Positions 32,860-40,690 of a stretch of DNA of 40,690 nucleotides are shown in pieces. How positions within the stretch are numbered: position 1 is the stretch's first letter; each line of letters starts with the position of its first letter. The notes beneath the pieces were generated by a model. It did not search any database, was not told where the DNA came from, and saw only the letters and a list, made by a program, of their open reading frames with translations. The stretch is from Escherichia coli (GTDB taxonomy: Bacteria; Pseudomonadota; Gammaproteobacteria; Enterobacterales; Enterobacteriaceae): assembly GCF_003334335.1 (NCBI RefSeq), contig NZ_QOWQ01000038.1; one strand, given 5' to 3'. Position numbers and translations under genes: made by a program.

Positions 32860-33041
32860 ATTTCCCTCAAAGAATATAAAAAAGAACAATTAACGCATAT
32901 TATGAAATGCCATGATGCAGTGCAATTTCCTTATTTATATAACGACATATTGTTTTTTATATACTTTCTTAAATGTGCTGTCTGGTTTTTCAACAGGACG
33001 AGGTTTATCATATTGAAATAGTGGAACTATTGGCCAAACTA

Positions 33042-33185
33042 ATGAATAACTCCAGTAAAACATCCACAGTACAGATTAAGCGTATTAAACCTTCAATTAT
33101 CTACCGTTTATTGCTGATTGGCCTCGGATCACCAATGGTGATTTACGGCCTGGTTCGCCCGCTCACCATCGAAACGCGAGATTAA
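33042..33185 (+). other. Candidate small ORF (47 aa from ATG 33042, 70 aa from ATG 32973) with one hydrophobic helix; unverified
   Basis: MNNSSKTSTVQIKRIKPSIIYRLLLIGLGSPMVIYGLVRPLTIETRD. No convincing Shine-Dalgarno upstream of any in-frame start. Confidence 0.2.
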
Positions 33186-33290
33186 ACTCCTGACAAAACA
33201 CGCCCCAGAAACGTACTTCTGTTGGCGTAGTCTGGGTTATTGCGCACGTAGGTTTAAAACGTAAATTGTAACAACGTGCGCTTTGTTTAT

Positions 33291-33372
33291 GCCGGATGCG
33301 GCGTGTACGCCTTATCCGGCCTACGGTCAGGTTCCCGTAGGCATGATAAGACGCGTAAGCGTCGCATCAGGC
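33291..33372. repeat. BIME: two inverted REP elements downstream of aldB
   Basis: gccggatgcggcgtgtacgccttatccggcctac (33291-33324) and gtaggcatgataagacgcgtaagcgtcgcatcaggc (33337-33372). Confidence 0.65.
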
Positions 33373-33403
33373 AATGAATACCCAATGCGACCAGCTTCTT
33401 ATA

Positions 33404-34942
33404 TCAGAACAGCCCCAACGGTTTATCCGAGTAGCTCACCAGCAGGCACTTGGTTTGCTGGTAATGCTCCAGCATCATCTTGTGGGTTTCGCGACCGATA
33501 CCTGATTGTTTGTAGCCACCAAACGCCGCATGTGCCGGGTAAGCGTGATAACAGTTGGTCCACACGCGCCCAGCCTGTATGCCGCGCCCCATCTTATAGG
33601 CCAGATTACCGTTGCGGCTCCAGACGCCCGCGCCCAGGCCATATTGCGTATCGTTCGCCAGCTCCAGCGCTTCTTCCATCGTTTTGAAGGTGGTCACCGC
33701 CAGCACCGGGCCAAAAATCTCCTCCTGGAACACCCGCATATTGTTCTGACCAAACAGAATCGTCGGTTCGAGGTAGTAGCCGTCTTTCAGTTCACCTTCC
33801 AGCAGCTTGCGCCGCCCGCCTGTGAGCACGTCAGCGCCCTCTTTTTTACCGATATCAATGTAGTTGAGGATGGTTTCCAGTTGCCCGTGAGAAACCTGCG
33901 CGCCCATTTGCGTCACGCTGTCGAGCGGGTTACCGCTACGAATGCTTTCGACACGGCGGATGGCGCGTTCCATAAAGCGTTCGTAGATAGATTCCTGCAC
34001 TAAAGCACGACTCGGACAGGTGCAAACTTCGCCCTGGTTAAAGGCAAACAGTGCAAAGCCTTCCAGCGCTTTATCGAAAAAGGCATCTTCTTCATCCATC
34101 ACATCAGCAAAGAAGATATTTGGCGACTTACCGCCCAACTCCAGCGTCACCGGAATAATGTTTTGCGTTGCGTATTGCATAATTTGTTGGCCCACTTCCG
34201 TTGAGCCGGTAAACGCCACTTTGGCGATGCGTTTCGAGGTCGCCAGATATTCGCCAATTACCCCACCTGCGCCATTGACCACGTTCACCACGCCCGGCGG
34301 CAGTAAATCACCGACAATTTCCATTAGCAGCAGTACAGAAAGCGGGGTAAGACGTGCGGGTTTCAGCACCACACAGTTGCCCGCCGCCAGCGCGGGAGCC
34401 ATTTTCCAGCTCGCCATCAGCAGCGGGAAGTTCCACGGGATAATCTGCCCCACCACGCCTAACGGTTCATGGAAATGATAGGCCACGGTTTCGCTATCAA
34501 CTTCACTGATCCCACCTTCCTGCGCCCGAATACACGAGGCGAAATAGCGGAAATGGTCAATCGCCAGCGGTACATCCGCAGCACTGGTTTCGCGAATGGG
34601 TTTGCCGTTATCCCAGGTTTCAGCTGTCGCTAACAGCTCGAGGTTTTGTTCCATTCGATCGGCAATCTTAAACAGAATCGCCGCACGATCCTGCACCGAG
34701 GTGTGCGCCCATTTATCTTTCACTTTGTGCGCAGCATCCAGCGCCAGATCGATGTCTCGTTTGCCCGAAGACGCCACTTCGCACAGCAGCTGCCCGGTCA
34801 CCGGCGTCAGATTCTGGTAATACTCGCCGTCGGCAGGGGCTACCCATTCGCCGCCAATAAAGTTGTCATAGCGGGCTTTTAACTTGAGGGGGAAACCATA
34901 CTCGCCGGGCTTAATCTGTGCTGAAGGGGGATTATTGGTCAT
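33404..34942 (-). CDS. aldB: Aldehyde dehydrogenase B (NADP-dependent)
   Basis: ORF-track frame 33404..35080. Start placed at the ATG giving [22 protein letters not shown]... (512 aa). Confidence 0.93.
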   Translation of the reverse strand: MTNNPPSAQIKPGEYGFPLKLKARYDNFIGGEWVAPADGEYYQNLTPVTGQLLCEVASSGKRDIDLALDAAHKVKDKWAHTSVQDRAAILFKIADRMEQNLELLATAETWDNGKPIRETSAADVPLAIDHFRYFASCIRAQEGGISEVDSETVAYHFHEPLGVVGQIIPWNFPLLMASWKMAPALAAGNCVVLKPARLTPLSVLLLMEIVGDLLPPGVVNVVNGAGGVIGEYLATSKRIAKVAFTGSTEVGQQIMQYATQNIIPVTLELGGKSPNIFFADVMDEEDAFFDKALEGFALFAFNQGEVCTCPSRALVQESIYERFMERAIRRVESIRSGNPLDSVTQMGAQVSHGQLETILNYIDIGKKEGADVLTGGRRKLLEGELKDGYYLEPTILFGQNNMRVFQEEIFGPVLAVTTFKTMEEALELANDTQYGLGAGVWSRNGNLAYKMGRGIQAGRVWTNCYHAYPAHAAFGGYKQSGIGRETHKMMLEHYQQTKCLLVSYSDKPLGLF

Positions 34943-35106
34943 GATCGTCTCCTTGCGGTGTGAGGTATAACAAGGGTAGACGTGACTGGCGAAATCTTCG
35001 CCAGTCGGTAACAGCTTTACGACAGCTATCACGAATTTACGGGCAAGGGTTACAGAGATAGTTGAAAAAGCGGCTGACAATTTGCCAGCCGTTGTGGAAA
35101 TGATGA

Positions 35107-36258
35107 TTACATCGCTGCGCGATAAATCGCCACAATTTCTTCGTGAGTTGCCTGGATCGGGTTAGTAAAGCCACAGGCATCTTTCAGGGCATTAGTCGCC
35201 AATACCGCGAAATCTTCTTCTTTCACGTTCAGGTCGCGTAGGCCTGCCGGGATATCCACTTTCTTCGCCAGTTCACGGATGGCGTTAATGCAGGCTTCAG
35301 CACCTTCCGCGTCGTTTTTACCTGTCACGTTCACGCCCATTGCAGCGGCACAGTCACGCAGACGTGCAGCGGCGACTTTGCTGTTGAATACCTGAACGTG
35401 CGGCAGCAAAACGGCGTTACATACACCGTGTGGCAGGTTGTAGAAACCGCCCAGCTGGTGCGCCATCGCATGAACATAACCCAGAGAAGCATTATTGAAC
35501 GCCATACCGGCGAGGAACTGGGCATAAGCCATTGCTTCACGCGCTTTCGCATTACTGCCATCTTCAACGGCTAACGGCAGGTTTTCGGCAATCATGGTCA
35601 CGGCTTTCAGTGCACAAGCGTCAGTGATCGGCGTGGCGGCAATAGAAACATATGCTTCGATAGCGTGCGTTAAGGCATCCATACCCGTTGCGGCGGTCAG
35701 TGACTTCGGCATACCAATCATCAGAGAGGAGTCATTGACAGAAAGCAGCGGAGTGACATGTTTATCAACAATCGCCATTTTGATATGACGCGCTTCGTCA
35801 GTGATGATGCAGAAACGGGTCATTTCAGAGGCCGTACCCGCCGTGGTATTGATGGCGATCATCGGCAGCTGCGGTTTTGCAGAGCGGTCAACGCCTTCGT
35901 AATCGCGAATATCGCCGCCATTGGCTGCCACCAGCGCAATACCTTTTGCGCAGTCGTGTGGAGAACCACCGCCTAAGGAGATCACGCTATCGCAATTATT
36001 CTCTTTAAGTAATTTCAAACCTGCGGCGACGTTTTCCGTGGTGGGGTTAGGTTGGGTGCCATCATAAATAACGCTAAAAATATTGCGTTCTTCCAGTGCT
36101 TTTTGCACATCGCCCGCCATACCTAATTTCGTTAACATATTGTCAGTGACAATTAAGGTACGGGTAAATCCATAATCTGCCATCATATTCATTGCATCAG
36201 TCAATGAATCAGCGCCGATGACATTCACAGAAGGAATAAAGAACGTTGAAGCTGCCAT
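35107..36258 (-). CDS. yiaY: Iron-containing (group III) alcohol dehydrogenase
   Basis: 383 aa, Fe-ADH fold motifs ([11 protein letters not shown]; His-rich metal site [10 protein letters not shown]). Confidence 0.9.
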
Positions 36259-36447
36259 AACACACTCCTGAAAGTGTAAAAAAGGGCGGGCAGCTTACTG
36301 AGGATTTTCATTCGAAAATATGATCAGTATTATTGATTATCAAAATTAATCTAATAAAAAGCACATTGTATTCATTAAACAATGTGCTTTTTTTAAATTC
36401 ATAAGAATTTTGTATTAATTTATTTTAAAACTTAATTAATCATTTCC

Positions 36448-38292
36448 TTATTTTTCCGGAAATAATAATGCGTCGCGCAATAAATGATCATTTCCACGAC
36501 GACGCGTAAAGCCAATGCGGTCAAAATATTCCAGAATCTGAATTGCCAGCTTTCGGCCTACGCCTAAGCGATCGCGGAAATCCGCCGCGCAGGTTGAACC
36601 ACACTCCTGATCGAGATCGCGGATCATATTGGCAAACTCGACAATCCGATCGTTACGGTAATAACGATCTTTAACGATCGCGGTAATTATTCCTTGCTGC
36701 GCCGCCTGGCGTAGAGTCAGGCGCATTGCCTGCTCGTCGGTTCCCGTCTCTTTTGCCAGGTCACGCACCCACCACGGTTCGTCACCAAACAGTGGCTCTG
36801 CTTTTTGCCAGATGGCCTGCTGCTCTTCGCTGAAGCCCGCTTTGTGATCTGGCAGATGCAGCCAGCCGTGATGGCTGTGGATGTCGCCGCTTTCGCGCAT
36901 CTTTTCAATCAGCAACAGTACCAGCGCTTCATCTTCCATTGGCAACGCCATACGTCGCAGACGTTCGCGCCCAGGGCCAGGTTCATCGCGATGTTGCTCA
37001 TGATAAGTCGCTAATGTGTCGAGAATTTTCCGCTGCCAGCGGGCGGCAACCGGCGCATTCAACAAGCTATAACCAGCCTGAATATAACCAGGCTGTTGCA
37101 GCAATTCGCGCATCCCTTCGCCGTTGAGCTGGCGCGCCCAGGCGAAATCCGCAAGGTTAACCGCGCCGCGTTCCAGATGAACAGATAACGCATCGGCATC
37201 GCTCTGCGCCCGTGCAAGAGACGCCAGCCATTGCAGATATTCCGGCTTACGTTTACCGCGACGCGGCGGGTTAAGCATCACGACGCGCGCTCCGGCCAGC
37301 GTGTTGCGGGCAGAGATATCGCGCAATACCAGGCGGTCGTTATCTGCCAGCCATAACGGGGTGTCGAAGACCAGTTCAGCAAGGTTATCTTCCAGCAGTG
37401 AAACGCGTCCCGTGACGTGGCTGGCGGCGTGGTGAATATGCAGCGGCTGCCACTGGGTCAGCGGTGTATGGGTTTGAAGCTCGACAATCACCCGTGTGAA
37501 CGGCTCTGGCGGCACATCGGCAAGCAGCCAGTCGCCACGGTTAATCTGCTCTTTTTCCGCATCACCCGCGATGTTAAGCGCGATACGCTGCCCGGCATTG
37601 GCGGTTTCTGTTGGCTGGTTTTGCGCATGCAGCGCACGTACACGCATCGGTTTATTTACACCAGTCAGCCAGAGTGAATCGCCTACCTTCACTTCCCCGC
37701 TTAACGCCGTACCGGTGACGACCAGCCCGGCACCTTTTACGGTAAATGCGCGGTCAATCGCGAGGCGGAAACTATGTTGGCTGGCGTGCTCGCGTTCCGG
37801 CAACTGAAGCAGATGCTCGCGCAGGGCATCCATTCCCCGACCTTCGGTTGCTGCGGTGATAAACAGTTTTGCCTCAGCAAAACCGTATTCCCGCAGAACC
37901 TCCTTTACCTGGCGTTCAACCTCATCAACACGCGCTTCGTCCACGCGATCGGCTTTGGTCAGCGCCACTGTCAGCATCGGGTTACCGGTCAGCTGCAAAA
38001 TCGCCAGATGCTCACGGGTCTGTGCCATCACGCCGTCATCGCACGCCACCACCAACAGCGCGTGATCGATACCACCAACGCCCGCCAGCATGTTGGAAAG
38101 AAACTTTTCATGACCGGGAACGTCGATAAAACCAGGCACGCGACCATCCGGCTGCGGCCAGTAGGCATAGCCGAGATCGATGGTCATGCCGCGCTTTTTT
38201 TCTTCCGGCAGACGGTCAGCATTTACGCCAGTAATCGCCTGCAATAAGGTTGTTTTGCCGTGGTCAACGTGTCCGGCAGTCGCAATAATCAT
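36448..38292 (-). CDS. selB: Selenocysteine-specific translation elongation factor
   Basis: 614 aa, N-terminal GTPase ([22 protein letters not shown]) with a long C-terminal extension. Confidence 0.95.
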
Positions 38293-39680
38293 TTCAACAA
38301 CATCTCCAAAAACCGTTGCTCATCTTCAAGGCAGCGTAAATCCAGCCACAATCGTCCGTCATAAATACGACCAATCACCGGCACTGGCAATTCACGCCAG
38401 CGGGCGGCTAATGACTCAAGGTGGCTACCGCGTCCATCATGGGGTGTAAACGTTAATGCCGCGCTCGGCAGGCGATCAACCGGCAGCGAACCACTGCCAA
38501 TCTGCGAAAGACATGGCATAACCTGTACCGCAAACTCCGCGCCGTAATGTGCGGCAAGGGGGGCCTGTAAACGTTGTGCCTGGATTTGAATGACCTCTGC
38601 GCTGCGGGTAAGCAGGCGCAGGGTCGGTAATTTTTCACTCAGAGCTTCAGGGTGTAAATAAAGACGCAACGTGGCTTCCAGCGCCGCGAGGGTCATTTTA
38701 TCCGCGCGTAATGCACGCTTCAGCGGGTGGCTTTGCAGGCGGGCGATCATCTCTTTTTTACCAACAATAATTCCTGCCTGCGGCCCGCCTAACAACTTGT
38801 CGCCGGAGAAACTCACCAGACTGACGCCCGCCGCAATCAACTCCTGCGGCATTGGCTCTTTCGGCAAACCGTACTGGCTAAGATCGACCAGCGAGCCACT
38901 GCCTAAATCAGTCACTACGGGAACATCCAGCTCTTTGCCGAGCGCCACCAGTTCCGCTTCATCTATCGCTTTGGTGAACCCCTGAATGCTGTAGTTACTG
39001 GTATGTACTTTCATCAACAGTGCGGTATTTTCATTCACCGCCTGACGATAATCATTCGCGTGCGTGCGGTTGGTGGTCCCTACTTCGTGTAGGGTGCAGC
39101 CTGCCTGACGCATAACATCGGGAATACGAAACGCGCCGCCAATCTCCACCAGTTCGCCGCGAGATACCACCACCTCTTTTCCGCTGGCAGTGGCCGCCAA
39201 CATCAATAACACCGCCGCCGCATTGTTATTGACGATACAGGCATCTTCCGCCCCCGTAATACGGCACAGCAGCTGCGCCAGCGCCCGATCGCGATGTCCG
39301 CGTCCGGCGTCGTCCAGATCATACTCGAGGGTCACTGGCGAACGCATAGCCTGCGCAACGGCTTCCACCGCGGCTTCCGCCTGTAAAGCTCGCCCAAGGT
39401 TGGTATGCAGCACGGTTCCCGTCAGGTTGATCACCGGACGCAGCGCGCTCTGCGCTTCTTTCGTCAACCGGGCATCGACTTCTTGCGCCCAGTTTTCACA
39501 CCACGCAGGCAGCGTCTGGCTGCCACGAATCACTTCTCGCGCTTCGTCGAGCATCTGACGCAACAATTCCACCACGCGGGTGTGACCATAAGTATCACGC
39601 AAAGAAAGGAAGGAGCTATCGCGCAATAAGCGATCAATAGCCGGAAGTTGACTATAGAGGGAACGCGTTTCGGTTGTCAT
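38289..39680 (-). CDS. selA: L-seryl-tRNA(Sec) selenium transferase (selenocysteine synthase)
   Basis: 463 aa, recognised as SelA. Its stop overlaps the selB start (ATGA). Confidence 0.95.
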   Translation of the reverse strand: MTTETRSLYSQLPAIDRLLRDSSFLSLRDTYGHTRVVELLRQMLDEAREVIRGSQTLPAWCENWAQEVDARLTKEAQSALRPVINLTGTVLHTNLGRALQAEAAVEAVAQAMRSPVTLEYDLDDAGRGHRDRALAQLLCRITGAEDACIVNNNAAAVLLMLAATASGKEVVVSRGELVEIGGAFRIPDVMRQAGCTLHEVGTTNRTHANDYRQAVNENTALLMKVHTSNYSIQGFTKAIDEAELVALGKELDVPVVTDLGSGSLVDLSQYGLPKEPMPQELIAAGVSLVSFSGDKLLGGPQAGIIVGKKEMIARLQSHPLKRALRADKMTLAALEATLRLYLHPEALSEKLPTLRLLTRSAEVIQIQAQRLQAPLAAHYGAEFAVQVMPCLSQIGSGSLPVDRLPSAALTFTPHDGRGSHLESLAARWRELPVPVIGRIYDGRLWLDLRCLEDEQRFLEMLLK

Positions 39681-39777
39681 AGGAAACCTGGCTGATCAAG
39701 GCCCTCTCACACGGAGAAGGGCGTTTAACATAACCACGGATTGTAACGTGAGATGGGTCAGGAGGACATATCGCGCA

Positions 39778-40386
39778 TCAAGCCTTTGGCGGTTCGGTGC
39801 GAGCAAAACTTTCGCGGCTAAACAGGTTTTCGACCAGTTTGACTAAGTGTGGGCGGTCGACACACCAACCTGGCGCAACGCGGCGGAAATTGAGATATCC
39901 GACGGCACAGGCAATGGCGATAGTCGCCAGATTGACCGTATCGGTTTTGAGTGTGCCATCGACCAGATATCCTTCCAGCACATCCAGACTGCGGTTGATT
40001 TTCTCCCGCTGGCGTAACAATTCATCTTCAGACTGCTGCGCCGCTGGACGCGCCTGTTCACGCACCGATACCAGCCCGGCATCCATAATGCCATCCGCCA
40101 GTGCCTCAATTTTGCGCACCCGCAACGACTCCAGCGGATCGCGCGGCAACATCGCCGGAGCGACATTCATTAATTCAATATATTCAGCGATGATCGGCGA
40201 ATCAAACCAGCATTCGCCCTCTTCGGTCACCAGCACCGGCACTTTTCCTAACGGGTTAAATTGCGCCACGCCGTTGTCCGCGTTATAGGGCAGTTCATTA
40301 ATAAATTCGAAAGTTATGCCCTTTTCTAACAACAGAATAGAAAGTTTGCGTACAAACGGGCTGGTGTAGCTACCGACGAGTTTCAT
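39778..40386 (-). CDS. yibF: Glutathione S-transferase-like protein
   Basis: 202 aa with GST N-terminal thioredoxin-like and C-terminal helical domains. Confidence 0.88.
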
Positions 40387-40613
40387 GCCGAGTCCTTTGT
40401 GCGAGGAAAAATATCAGTATGGCCTGGTGATGGGAAAAAGGGCAGAAAATGTTGATGGTTTGTTACTTCCAAATAAATCACATATTTATCATGGTGATAT
40501 AAATATTTTCCTAATTATTTCACTCTGATGGATATCTCACTTCAGGCTTTCTTATAAATCTGTAGGGTTTCGCCTGTCAGCAGACAAATAACCCGATAAA
40601 ACAAGGATGAGAA

Positions 40614-40690
40614 ATGAGCGGAAAACCGGCGGCGCGTCAGGGTGACATGACGCAGTATGGCGGTAGCATTGTTCAGGGTTCAGCCGGGGT
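40614..40690 (+). CDS. rhsA: Rhs-family protein (RhsA), first 25 codons only; continues beyond the window
   Basis: ATG at 40614 gives MSGKPAARQGDMTQYGGSIVQGSAG, matching the Rhs N-terminus by recall and containing a literal P-A-A-R motif. Confidence 0.7.
   Translation, partial: MSGKPAARQGDMTQYGGSIVQGSAG

Noticed and set aside
33242-33280. Inverted repeat gcgcacgt ... acgtgcgc with a 23-nt loop upstream of the BIME
   Set aside because: The loop is too long for a stable terminator and the repeat is only 8 bp. Likely chance or part of the degenerate REP context.
33506-34882. + strand ORFs (165, 152, 78, 74 aa) inside aldB
   Set aside because: Antisense shadows of the aldehyde dehydrogenase frame.
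37417-38449. + strand ORFs (up to 157 aa) inside selB and the selA 3' end
   Set aside because: Antisense to selB/selA; the sense frames encode the recognisable GTPase and selenocysteine synthase.
39700-39725. Possible yibF terminator hairpin (ccctctc...gagaaggg) between yibF and selA
   Set aside because: The stem has a mismatch after 4 bp and no U-tract. Too weak to call.
39797-40288. 163-aa + strand ORF and 107-aa - strand alternative frame within yibF
   Set aside because: They overlap the GST-like yibF frame, which is full length and has the expected domain order.

Overview
This window reads as a contiguous stretch of an Escherichia coli K-12-type chromosome (the xyl / yia / sel neighbourhood), recognised from the translated ORFs by recall, not by any database search. 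No tRNA, rRNA, CRISPR array or prophage/defence island was found; the only mobile DNA is a truncated IS150 at the left edge, and the right edge stops 77 nt into the Rhs element gene rhsA. Gene order, left to right: 3' part of IS150 (insK) | glyS-glyQ-ysaB (-) | wecH (+) | yiaA, yiaB (-) | xylB-xylA (-) <> xylF-xylG-xylH-xylR (+) | bax (-) | malS (+) | avtA (+) | ysaA (-) | yiaJ (-) <> yiaK-yiaL-yiaM-yiaN-yiaO-lyxK-sgbH-sgbU-sgbE (+) | yiaT (-) <> yiaU (+) | yiaV-yiaW (-) | aldB, yiaY (-) | selB-selA (-) | yibF (-) | start of rhsA (+). Most of this is well-characterised core metabolism. I could not identify a clearly novel system. The least-explained parts are the yiaT / yiaU / yiaW-yiaV envelope cluster, the 514-bp yiaW-aldB gap, the 346-bp sgbE-yiaT gap, the yiaA/yiaB tandem pair and the solitary ferredoxin ysaA. 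Several start codons were moved from the ORF-track start to an internal ATG/GTG with a better Shine-Dalgarno sequence and the expected protein length. All coordinates for hairpins, repeats and motifs were counted by hand and may be off by a few bases.
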